Of a stretch of DNA of 64,000 bases, positions 39,876 through 51,564 are shown piece by piece. Each line of letters starts with the position of its first letter. The stretch's first letter is position 1. Position numbers and translations under genes: made by a program. The stretch comes from Mobula hypostoma (lineage: Eukaryota): positions 110,610,001 to 110,674,000 of the forward strand of contig NC_086108.1 in the NCBI RefSeq assembly GCF_963921235.1. The letters are read 5' to 3'. A model generated the notes under the pieces. That model worked only from the letters and a program-made list of their open reading frames with translations, had not been told where the DNA came from and did not search any database.

Positions 39876-41543
39876 CAGGCTTTGGCCAGCCCACAGTCGA
39901 GGAGCTTTCATTTCTCTCACAGACCGGTAGCAAACACTCTTCTGTTCAGGGTAGGACAGGATGCAGCAAACACTGGTAACAATCCTCTGGAGGATGCTAG
40001 GGGACAAAAAATATGCTATGTTTGCCTAAAATGTTTCACTTCTTCCCCTTTGTTAAGGCACATGTGAGGTGTTAAGGTTTAGACTTTTTCAGACAGACAA
40101 CATTTTATCATCCAAGTCTTTGTATAGGGTAACAACGCTTAAATTAGTGGACTTGTCTCCAAAAGGATGCTCATCCAGTGGTTCAGATCCCATGATGGAC
40201 TGGCAGTTGCATCACCGTCTGGTACGGAGGGGTGGGGGCCACTGCACAGGATCAGAGAAAGCTACAGAGGGTTGTAAACTCAGCCAGCTCCATCATGGGC
40301 ATTGGCCTCTCCAGCATCCAGAAAGCCCTCTTCTCATTAGTATCAGCAAGGAGGAGCTACAGGAGCCTGCAGACATATAGTCAATGTTTCAGGAACAGCT
40401 TCTCCCCCTCCGTGGTCCATGAACCCACGAATACAACCTTTGTTTTTTATACCTTTTAAAAATATATTCTTACAATAATTTATAGTAATACTTATGCATT
40501 GCAAAAATTTTTATGTTGCACAACATACACTATGTCAGTGACAATAAACCTGATTCTGATCTGACTTGCGGGCTGCCCTCAGCCCATCCTTTGATTGTGT
40601 TGGCTGTTTCACGTATATTTCGATGCATGTATGAGAAGTGAATGAGAAACACAAGAGATTCTGCAAATACTGGAAATCCAGAGGTCCTGAAGAAGGGTCT
40701 CGGCCCAAAACATCGACTCTTTATTCCTTTACGGGTGTTCCCTACCTGGGGTCCATAAACACCATTGTTAGCCGTCAGGTTCCATGCCACAAAAAAGGGT
40801 TTTGAACACCTGGTTTCCTTTGATGCTGTCAGACCCTCTGAGTTCCTGCAGCATTTTGTGTGTGTTAAATAAATGAATCTGAATCTGATTCAGGTTCATG
40901 TTCTATGTCTAAAAGCTGAATCCGGTTCCATTTTCTTTCAAAATTGTAAAAAAGTTAGAAACTCCGGAGGGATGAAGCTCCACATCTCAGCCGCAATTTT
41001 TCAAATTTCAAAAGTTCAAAGTTAAAAGTAAATTTATGATCAAAGTACATATACTGTATGTCACTGTACAGTGCCTGAGATATGCTTTCTTGCAGGCATA
41101 CACAATAAATACATAGAAATACAATGGAGTCAGTGAAAAACTACACACGAAGACTGACAACGTGCAAAAGAAGACAAACTGTGCAAATTAAAAAATTAAA
41201 AGTAATAATAAATAAATAAATAACACCGAGAAGGTGATTTGCAGAGTCTTTGAAACTGAGGCCGTAGGATCAGTTCAGAGTTGAGGTGAGTGAAGTTATT
41301 CATGAGATCTATCTCACTGTGTTCTGAAGATGCTGATCTCTGCAGGCACGTGAAAAGGCAAACAATTTCAAAGCTCAGCAGAGAGTATGCAAAGAGGGGC
41401 CATTAACTCTTCGTGAAGTGATTTTGTACAGTGTCACTTCTGCTTTCGTAATGACAATTCAGCGAATTGATTCTGGCTGGAGGCAGCTTTCTCTGCAGGA
41501 GCGACCATCAGAGATTTAGATTGCTAATTGAGCAGCTTCTGAA

Positions 41544-41650
41544 ATGGGGGCAGAAGCTGTTTGTTCTCTGCTCCTTCTGATAACAGCTCACGTTGCTCCC
41601 AGTGTGGCTGAGATCTCCTGCAGAAATGAGTTGGGCCAAGCAGTGGATTG
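41544..41650 (+). CDS. dnase2b: DNase II-beta first coding exon (MGAEAVCSLLLLITAHVAPSVAEISCRNELGQAVD-W)
   Basis: Signal-peptide-like hydrophobic stretch followed by ISCRNE.G.AVDW, the DNase II N-terminus. TG|gtgagt donor, phase 2. Not in the ORF track. Confidence 0.92.
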
Positions 41651-43289
41651 GTGAGTACAACCATGGTGCCTGAACAAGCTTTAAACTCACTTCCAAGGAC
41701 TCTACAACTCATGTTCTCAGAAATTTTTATTATTATTTACACAATTTGTCTTTTTTGCACTTCGGTTGTCTGTCAGTCTTTCCTATCTATAGTTTTTCAT
41801 AAATTTCATTGTATTGCTATATTTTCCTGTAAATGCTTGCACATAAATGAATCTCAAGGTAGCATTTGGTCACTATACAGTTTGTGGCTGCTTAAGGTTG
41901 TCATAGCTGGGGGTGGTAATGGGGGACAAGCTCCCACTACCTATTAAATGCTCCCTATGGTGTTTGTCTCAAGTAGCTTCCGACAACCAAATTGAGCTCC
42001 TCGCCTTCACACGTGGCTTAGCTACTAAGCCCGGTGAAACCGTTTCGATTGACAGGAGAAAGGGCAAAGGCAGGCTAGTGGCACCTTAAAACCAGAAGCT
42101 TTGGGCAGGTGGGGCTCATCTGCCGAGGTTGGCAGCTCATCTCGGAGAAGGAAAAGTCTGATCTCAAGCCTCCGCTACATTGCGGGTATACTCACTCATG
42201 GGGAAGGCTTCAGGAGTAAATCCTGGGGGAAAAGTCCAGAGCTGAAATCCTTAAGGCAGTCTTACATTTACAGTCTTACATACAGTCTTACACTGGTTGA
42301 TAGTCATAGTCATAGTCATACTTTATTGATCCCGGGGGAAATTGGTTTTCGTTACAGTTGCACCATAAGTAATAAATAGTAACAGAACCATAAATAGTTA
42401 AATAGTAATATGTAAATTATGCCAGTAAATTATGAAATAAGTCCAGGACCAGCCTATCGGCTCAGGGTGTCTGACCCTCCAAGGGAGGAGTTGTAAAGTT
42501 TGATGGCCACAGGCAGGAATGACTTCCTATGACGCTCTGTGCTGCATCTCGGTGGAATGAGTCTCTGGCTGAATGTACTCCTGTGCCCACCCAGTACATT
42601 ATGTAGTGGATGGGAGACATTGTCCAAGATGGCATGCAACTTAGACAGCATCCTCTTTTCAGACACCACCGTCAGAGAGTCCAGTTCCATCCCCACAACA
42701 TCACTAGCCTTATGAATAAGTTTGTTGATTCTGTTGGTGTCTGCTACCCTCAGCCTGCTGCCCCAGCACACAACAGCAAACATGATAGCACTGGCCACCA
42801 CAGACCCGTTACTCCTGTGAGGCCACTGGTGCCAAATTGTATCAGTCTCTGCCATTCCTTTGGTGAGGGGGAGCCATTTTGCTCTTCCAGCCTATGCAAG
42901 AACTTATGCTCCATTTAGCCCTCTTCGTGTCTTTCTTTATCTTGGTATTCGGCATGAACTTGGCAGTGTAAATGGGGAATGGATGTTCTCAGGGAAGAGA
43001 ACAGGTGAAATGTGGAGGTTGTTTCGGAAACACTTGCACAGGGTTCTGGATAGGTCTGTCCCACTGAGTCAGGGAATGACTGGTAGGGTGAAGGAACCAA
43101 GACTGACAACAGATGTGGAAAATCTAGTTGAGGAAGAAAGATGCTTATTTAAGGTTGAGAAAGCAAGGATCAGACTCCAGGGCTCTGGAGAGTTATAAAA
43201 TAAGACAAGAAGGAGCTTAAGAACTTCAGGACCTAGGAGAGCTAGAAGGAGGCATGAGAAGGCCTTAGTGAGTAGGATAAGGAAAACCC

Positions 43290-46200
43290 CAGTGGCATAC
43301 TAAGGTAGGCAGGTATGGCACGTGCCCTGGGTGCCACTTGAAGGGGGCAGGGGGCGTCACTGAGCAGTTCCCATTAAAGTCAAACTAGCCATCCTCGGAT
43401 AGTGAAAAAAGAATTTTCTTCAGATGTATAATCTGTCTTTGATTATCACGGGTGAGAAACACTAGGATGGCCTTATTTCAGAGCATTGTGTAAGAAGACC
43501 ATGAAACGTTTCTTCATGAAGAAGAAGGAAAGTGGAGCTGAAGGATGGAAGAGACGAAAGTTGGAGGTGGAGGAAGCCAAGAAGTCGAGCAAGTTCTTCA
43601 TGCCTTTCTTTGAAAAGCCCAGAGCAAGTAGCCCGACACATTCCATGAAGTTGCCTGCACCTGCTACAAGTTTGTTAGAATCCAAAGGTGGATCAAGTAC
43701 AAATATGTCACAAGCCGAGGTGGAAGTCAAGTCAGATAAATCTGAGTATGACGAGATTAAGAGTGAGGCTGCCACGGAGAACGTGGACATGACAGGAGGG
43801 GAAGACGATGGTGGTGGTGGTGATGTTGAGTTTATTGACGAGCTTTTACCTGACGGGATTGAACCTGACGACAGTGAACCTAGTGAACTGGATGGTGTCA
43901 AAGAGCCTCAAACTGTCATACCAGAAGTGATTGAACAGCACGACACCGGACTTCTGAAGTTCAACAAGGATACTGGAAAAGCAATTCTGCCTGACGTGTT
44001 GAGAACAGAAATGATAAAGCTGGGTTCGAAGTATTTCCAGAACAGTGAAGGGCCTTTTCTACTAACAAATAACCGCTCAATGAACAAAACTTGGTTCAAG
44101 AGGAAATTAGGAAATTGGGAAATGGTCAAGGTGAGGAAGTGACTCGCTCATGGCTGGTCTATTCCCCTTCTAAAAAGTCTGCATTTTGCATCTGTTGTCT
44201 TCTCTATTCCCAGTCAGACCATCAATCCTCATTGGAGCAGGAAAGTGGATTCAACCAGTGGAAAGCACCTGAAAAGATTAGCGTTCATGAAAATGCCAAG
44301 AATCATCAGGAATGCATCACACAGTGGAAAGAAATGGAAAGAAATTTAGCTGGAAACAGAGGAGTTATTGACACTGTATTTCAGTCACAGATTGAGAAGG
44401 AAAATCAGAAGTGACGTGATATCTTGACAAGAATCCTTCACTGCATAAAATTCCCTGCGACTCAGAACCTGGCTTTGTGAGGACACAGGGAGTCACTTCA
44501 GCTAGATGATAACTCCAATGTGGGAAATTTCCTTGGCTTACTGAAACTACTGGCTATCTTTGACCCTGTCATAAAAGAACACCTCACTCATTTGGGAAGT
44601 CATCCTGGATCCACGTCTTATCTTTCACCAGGTCCAGAACGAATTCATCCACATGGTGGCATGCCATAGTTTACTGAGAAGCCAAGTACTGTGGTCTCAT
44701 GTTCGACTCGACTCCTGATCAGGCACACCGTGAGCAGATGTCAGAAGTAGTGAGGTGTGTGGAAGTTGATTTTGAGAGGAAAACAGTCTGAGTTAGAGAG
44801 TCCTTCTTTGGTTTTATCCAGATAAGCCAGAAGTCTGCTGAGAGCTTGGTTGAAGACATCTTGAAACAGCAAGAGAAGGAGGAAATGGAGATACAAGATT
44901 GTTGGTCACAGTGCTATGACAACGCTGCTGTGATGGCTGGACACAGAAGTGGTGTTCATCAAAGAATAAGTGAGAAAAACAACCTGCCAATGTCTGTGAA
45001 TTGCGACAATCACTCACTCAGCGTGGTGGGTGTACATGCAGCCAAGCAGGATTGAAGATTCAAGATTCAAAAAACTTTATTGTCGTTCTAACCGTACATC
45101 AGCTCTGCAGGGCAGAATGAGACAGCGTTTCTCAGGGGCAGTGCAATCATAACATCATAAACGCAACACTAATTAATAAACATAACAATAAATAGTAAAA
45201 CACAACAGCCACACATCAGTTAAAATCAGTTATAAGTGTCCAGTGCAAGTTAAAAGTGTCCAAAGCAGAGTCAGGTGGAGCAGCTATTTAGCAGTCTGAC
45301 TGCCTGTGGGAGGAAGCTGTTTAGTAGCCTTGTGGTTTTAGTTTTGATACAATGATGGTCCCGTTTTTTTGGAACCATCGAAGCCCTCTACCTGTTTTTC
45401 TCTCGTTCAACATAGCACTGGGAAAAACTCAAAACGCCGTGCCTGCGGTTGTTAAATCGGAGTCCGAAACCAGGTGAAGTGCAAGAACAGAAGCAGTGAA
45501 GCCCGTCAACAAGTACCTTGAGGAGATACTTCAAGTTCTGCAGGACGTGATAGACATTGAAAACAAGAAGTGATGCAAGGCAGCGGTACAACCGCATGTT
45601 GAGTTACGATTTTCTGATGTTGCTGGGATTTTGGAACAAAGTACTCATTTGCATTGACCGTATTCAAAAGAGGCTGCAGGATCCAAGCATGAACTTCCAC
45701 GATGCTGCCCTGGATTTGAAAGCCCCCGAGATCATTTTTATGATGAAAGAGAAGTGTTGGTCAGTGAGTCACTCGAAGAAGGAGTCAGTCTCCGTCAAGA
45801 ATAGAATATTGAAGTTGAAAGACGTCAGAGATGAAAGAAACGAATGGCTGATGAGAACTCGAGAGACACTGGGTTAACAGCTAAGGAGGAAATGGTACGA
45901 GTCATGAGGTGAACACTCGACCGTCTTCAGAGAAATGGACGAAAGGTTCACTCGTTTGCACAACACTAACGCCAAGTTTGGGTTCCTTCTCGATGTCGAG
46001 GGACTGTGTTAAGGCGCCGATAGTAACGACCTGAAGAAGAAATGCGAAAATTTGGGCGAATTGTACAGCTCTGATGTTGATGGACAGCAGCTATATGAAG
46101 AAATTTTGGATTGGAGAATGTTGCTATCAAGGGGGGTCAACATGAAAATATCAAGACCTGAAGAGCTTCTTGAATTTATTGTTCCGTATGGAGATGAGAA

Positions 46201-46610
46201 CATCTTCCCCAATCTTCGCATTGCTATTCGGATGATACTAACCATCGCAGTTTCCATCGCCAGCTGTGAGAGATCATTCAGCAAGTTAAAACTAATACTT
46301 TCGTATTTGAGAGCCTCCTTGGGTCAAGGCAGACTCTGTGATCTTGCTCTGCTGAGTGTAGAAAGAGAAGAAACTGAAAAAACTGACTTTGATCACAACA
46401 TAGACCAATTTGCATCAGTGAAAGCAAGGAAGGAGCAGTTATAATTTTCATGTAGTGCCATAATTTGTTAATTAAAAGATTAACGAGCTTGACTTGTATT
46501 TCTGAGCTGATATTACGGTAAGGTTATCAAAAACATAGGTATCAGATGTTTGGACAGGAGCGCAATTTCAGTGCTTGCCATAAGCTCTATTTTCCGTAGA
46601 TACGCCCCTG
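43290..46610 (+). mobile_element. hAT DNA transposon (Tip100/ZMYM1-like transposase), decayed
   Basis: Imperfect TIRs CAGTGGCATA / CAGGGGCGTA with an exact 8-bp TSD GAAAACCC. Transposase fragments: WLVYS...FCICC (TTF-type zinc finger), QCYDNAAVMAG, and ASCERSFSKLKLI (hAT dimerisation domain). Several stops and frameshifts, plus a LINE tail inserted at about 45053-45345. Confidence 0.92.
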
Positions 46611-46629
46611 GAAAACCCCAAGGCATTCT

Positions 46630-47182
46630 GTGTTCGGCCATCGTTGACGTCCATGAGGACCTCGACCCCATTATGATGGTGTCGAGACTAGCGCGTGATT
46701 TGGATTTAAGTGAGGGAGAGTTGCGCAGCGTCAGCCTCACTCTCTCTTCCCAATTCCCATCTGGATCCAGTGGCAAGACAGAGTCGAGACAGCTGGAGAT
46801 GGGACTAGGCGCAGTGGATGACCAGGACGTCTTCTGTGTCTTGTCCTGCTCTACACGTTCCACGACGCTTGCAGAGACCGCCTTGACCGTTGGACCTTCC
46901 ATTGGTCTCGTCCACTCAATCCGCCGGAGACTGTCTTCACATGCTGGGATAGACAACTCCCTATCTCACCGAGGGTTTGAGACCCATCGGCTACCCTCAC
47001 CTGGTTTAGCCGGCTTGTCGAAGCCGTTGCCCGGGGTGTGGCTGCTGTCGCATGCAAACAGCTACGAGGAGCCACAGGTGAGAGTTGAGTGCCAGGTGGG
47101 GACCAAAGATGGACTAACCACCTTGAAAAGGACGTGACATGTTCCCCCACCAGAGGTGTTATCCCTCCCTGACACCCCATAC
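46630..47182 (-). mobile_element. Short non-autonomous retroelement, probably RTE-related
   Basis: 15-bp TSD ACCCCAAGGCATTCT (46615-46629 and 47183-47197). Its 5' end resembles 10385-10480. Family assignment is inference. Confidence 0.7.
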
Positions 47183-47559
47183 ACCCCAAGGCATTCTACA
47201 CATATGTAAAGAACAGGAGGATAACTAGAGTGAGGGTAGGACCAATCAGGAATAAAAGAAGAAACGTGCCTCGAGTTGGAAGAGGTAGGTGATGTCCTTG
47301 CTTCAATACTCAACATTGACAAACGTGAGGACAATGTAAAACAGGCTAGTATGCTAGAACATGTTGACGTTAACAAAGAGCATATGCTGGAAAAAATTAG
47401 GATAGGTAAGTCCCTGGGGCTGGATGGGATATACCCCAGGTTACTCCGGGAAGAGGAGGAAGAGATTGCTGCCCTCTCAGCAATGATCAGGTGGGTGGGT
47501 GGGTGGGAAAAAGGGGTTTAAAGTGAGAAGCTGGGATGCTGGGAAGGCGTTCTCTGGAT

Positions 47560-49275
47560 CTGTCTACACTAGGAAAGACACAAACAATCTCCCAGATGTA
47601 ATAGTGGCCAAAAGACCTAGGGTAATGGATGAATTGAAGGAAATTTATGTTAGGCAGGAAATGGTGTTGGATAGGCTGTTGGGTCTGAAGGCTGATAAGT
47701 CCCCAGGACCTAATGGTCTCCATCCCAGGGTACTTGAGGAGGTGGCTTTAGAAATCGTGGATGCATTGGTAATCATTTTCCAATGTTCTATAGATTCAGG
47801 ATCAGTTCTTGTGGATTGGAGGGTGGCTAATGTTGTCCCTCTCTTCAAGAAGGGAGGAAGGGAGAAAACAGGGAATTATAGACCGGTTAGCCTGATGTCG
47901 GTGGTGGGAAATATGCTGGAGTCAATTATAAAAGATGAAATTACGACACATCTGGATAGCAGTAACAGGATTGGTCCAAGTCAGCATGGATTTACGAAGG
48001 GGAAGTCGTGCTTGACTAATCTTCGGGAATTTTTTGAGGATGTAACTATGAAAATGGACAAGGGAGAGCCAGTGGATGTAGTGTACCTGGACTTTCAGAA
48101 AGTCTTTGATAAAGTCCCACATAGGAGATCAGTGGGCAAAATTAGGGCACATGGTATTGGGGGCAGAGTACTGACATGGATTGAAAATTGGCTGGCTGAC
48201 AGAAAGCAAAGAGTAGCGATTAACGGGTCCCTTTTCGAATGGCAGGCGGTGACCAGTGGGGTACTGCAGGGTTCAGTGCTGGGACCGCAGCTGTTTACAA
48301 TATATATTAATGATTTAGATGAGGGAATTGAAAGTAACATTAGCAAATTTGCTGATGACACAAAGCTGGGAGGCAGTGTGAAATGTGAGGAGGATGTTAT
48401 GAGAATGCAGGGTGACTTGGACAGGTTGGGTGAGTGGGCAGATGCAGTTTAATGTGGATAAGTGTGAGGTTATCGACTTTGGTGGTAAGAACGGGAAGGC
48501 AGATTATTATCTAAATGGAGTCAAGTTAGGAAAAGGGGAAGCACAACGAGATCTAGGTGTTCTTGTACATCAGTCACTGAAAACAAGCATGCAAGTACAG
48601 CAGGCAGTGAAAAAAGCTAATGGCATGCTGGCCTTCATAACAAGGGGAATTGAGTATAAGAGCAAAGAGGTCCTTCTGCAGCTGTACAGGGCCCTGGTGA
48701 GACCACACCTGGAGTACTGTGTGCAGTTTTGGTCTCCAAATTTGAGGAAGGACATTCTTGCTATTGAGGGAGTGCAGCGTAGGTTCACAAGGTTAATTCC
48801 TGGGATGGCGGGACTGTCATATGTCGAAAGATTGGAGCGACTGGGCTTGTATACACTGGAATTTAGAAGGCTGAGAGGGGATCTGATTGAAACATATAAG
48901 ATTATTAAGGGATTGGACACGCTGCAGGCAGGAAGCATGTTCCCGCTGATGGGTGAGTCCAGAACCAGAGGCCACAGTTTAAGAATTAGGGGTAGGCCAT
49001 TTAGAACGGAGTTGAGGAAAAACTTTTTCACCCAGAGAGTGGTGGATATATGGAATGCTCTGCCCCAGAAGGCTGTGGAGGCCAAGTCTCTGGATGCTTT
49101 CAAGAAAGAGATGGATAGAGCTCTTAAAGATAGCGGAATCAAAGGTTATGGGGATAAGGCAGGAACTGGATACTGATTGTGGATGATCAGCCATGATCAC
49201 AGTGAATGGCGGTGCTGGCTCGAAAGGCCGAATGGCCTACTCCTGCACCTCTTGTCTATTGTCTATTGTCTATTG
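47560..49275 (+). mobile_element. CR1 LINE, 5'-truncated, well-preserved RT and 3' tail
   Basis: ORFs 47499..48452 and 48412..49176 (QGSVLGP, KFADDTKL, RPHLEYCVQFWSP) with one frameshift near 48445, and a (CTATTGT)n tail. Confidence 0.93.
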
Positions 49276-49413
49276 AAAAGGTAAACTGCTGAAGAAGGAA
49301 TCTGATAGGAGAGCAGAGTGGACTATTAGTGAAAGGGAAACCAAAGGGCCTGTTCCTGTGCTGTTTACTATAAATGAGTTCCTTATGTTTTTTCTCCTGG
49401 AATATCGTCCTAG

Positions 49414-49591
49414 GTTTGCCATGTACAAGTTGCCCAGGCTCATGGAACATCGATCTGTTGGTCTGGGACTGAGATATATGTACCTGGATCCATGGACTGC
49501 AGACTGGCAGCAAGGAAAATATCTTGTCAACACAACAGAGAGTGCAGTGGGGAGAACCTTACAGCAGCTCTATGCCACCCATCAGTCAAAG
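49414..49591 (+). CDS. dnase2b: DNase II-beta coding exon 2 (FAMYKLP...GLRYMYLD...VGRTLQQLYATHQSK)
   Basis: 178 bp, cctag| acceptor completes the Trp codon, AAG|gtgagt donor. YKLP, YMYLD and GRTLQQLY motifs. The beta paralogue is assigned from sequence resemblance and from adjacency to uox. Confidence 0.95.
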
Positions 49592-50895
49592 GTGAGTGTT
49601 AACAGTACAGCGTGGTCAAACTCAAAGTTCACAATACGTTTACTGTCAAAGAACGTTTACGTCCCCTTATCCTTTATCCTCCAGAGCACTCCATGGGTGT
49701 GATGGCATAGTGGTTAAAAATTAAATCCAGAATTTGAGTTCAAATCCCATGAAGGAACTAAATTCAAGTAATTAAAATACATCTGGAATTTTAAAAAAAT
49801 CAAACCTTCCTAATAGATACCACTGAGTGATTGAAAAATCCATCTGGTTTGTGAATGGTCTTCAGAGGTTAGATTCGATTAGGTTTGCCACATGTACTAC
49901 ATCGAAACATCCATGTAACTGTCCAAAGTAATTATAGGAAAGTATCCCGGCAGATGGGGCTCAGCATCTAAGGTTGGCAGCTCATCTAGGAGAAGGAAAA
50001 CTCTGATCTCAAACCTCCGCTGCCCTGTGGCTACACCCACTCATAGGGAAGACTTCGAGATTAAACACCAAGGAGAAATCCAGAGCTGGAGTCCCTAAGG
50101 CAGTCCTACATTGAGTTCAACACTGACTGGCAACTCCTGCGATGCTGCTGGGACCAAACTGTGTCGGTCTCTGCCGTTCCTTTGGGTTCATCAGATGTGT
50201 GGAGAGGGGGGAGCCAGTTGCATGGGCAACAGTTTGCTATCCATATCGTACTGTCCTGTCTTGGGTTTTCACTGAATGCAACTAGGATGCAACATCCATG
50301 GTCGACCCTGATCAACAGAGGGCTTCAATCCCAGGGGGATCTGGAGTCTTTAATTTCTCCCTCCAACAATCCTTGGCAACATTGAAGTTCGCTTGCCGCC
50401 TACACACCCAGCTTGTTACCTTGCTGTGTCAGTACGTCTCCATCCTACCTGCTCATGAAAAGCCGCTTCCCCCTGCTAGGGATTGGCCCGTTTAAGAGCA
50501 TTGCCGTCCCTCCCACAGGCTGCCATTTGGCACCTGTGCCAACTGATGACATCATGGCGCAGGTAGAATATAAATCTAGTGCACTGAAAGCACCTGGCTA
50601 TGTTTTGTTCTCTGGGCACTGTGGACCAGGTTGTGGATGGTGCCATGGAAACAGTGGAACTGTGCTGCAGTAAGAGGGGGCCCAGGCACACATTTTGGAT
50701 AAGTATTTGTAACTGAGTGTAACCTGAATGGTTTGCTGAGTGCTTAGTGTTTTTCTTGCCCTATAAATAAATGGGTTACTTACTTAAGGGTGTCCCATCC
50801 TGATTTCACACAACGATAGCCCAGTTATACCTGTGCAGTTTTAAGGAACGCTATGCTTGGTGCAGTGCCTGTCATCATTTTTTCCTTGGAAACAG

Positions 50896-50974
50896 GTCAA
50901 CGACCACGCTTACTTTATCTACAATGATGCTCCGCCATCGATGCCTTACGACGCGTTCCATGGACACACAAAAG
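50896..50974 (+). CDS. dnase2b: DNase II-beta coding exon 3 (VNDHAYFIYNDAPPSMPYDAFHGHTK-G); later exons not found in the window
   Basis: 79 bp, aacag| acceptor and G|gtaact donor. Contains YND and the first catalytic HxK motif (GHTKG). Confidence 0.94.
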
Positions 50975-51564
50975 GTAACTAAATTAAGGATTAAAGATTA
51001 GCTCTGTTTGTCACATCTACGTCAAGACATGCAGTGAAATGAGTTGTTTGCATCAACGACCGGAACAGTCAGAGGATTGTGCTGGGGGCAGCCCGCAAGT
51101 GTTGCTAACGTAGCATGTCCTCAACTTACTAACCCTAACCCGTACACCTCTGGAATATGGGAGGAAAGTGGAGCACGTGGAGGAAACCCACATGTTCTGG
51201 GAAGAACCTACAGACTCCTGACAGGCCATGGCAGGAATCGAACCCCGATTGGTGATTGCTGGTGTTGTAAAGCATAACGCTAACTGCTCTGCTACTGTGC
51301 AGCCCTTTATTGGATTAGAGAGCGTGTCTCATGAAAATAGTTTGAGTGAGTTAGGGTTTTCCTGTTGGGAGCGACAGAGGATGAAAGGTAGGAGGTGAAG
51401 AGTGGATAGCCAGAGACATTTCCTGTGTTGACAATGGCAATACAACAGGAGATCGTTTTAAAATGACTGGAGAGAAGTTTAAGGGAGAAGTCAGAGGTAG
51501 TTTTTTTTACTGACAAAGTGGTAAGTTCAAAGTTCCAAGTGAAATTATTATTAAAGTACATACA

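Noticed and set aside
43473..43901. Ser/Pro-rich minus-strand ORF
   Set aside because: It is the antisense shadow of the hAT transposase N-terminus.
46513..47189. Overlapping 147-195 aa ORFs on both strands
   Set aside because: They lie mostly within a TSD-flanked short retroelement and show no protein motifs.
49358..49702. ORF 49358..49702 as a single-exon gene
   Set aside because: Only 49414-49591 is DNase II-like. The flanks are intron read-through.
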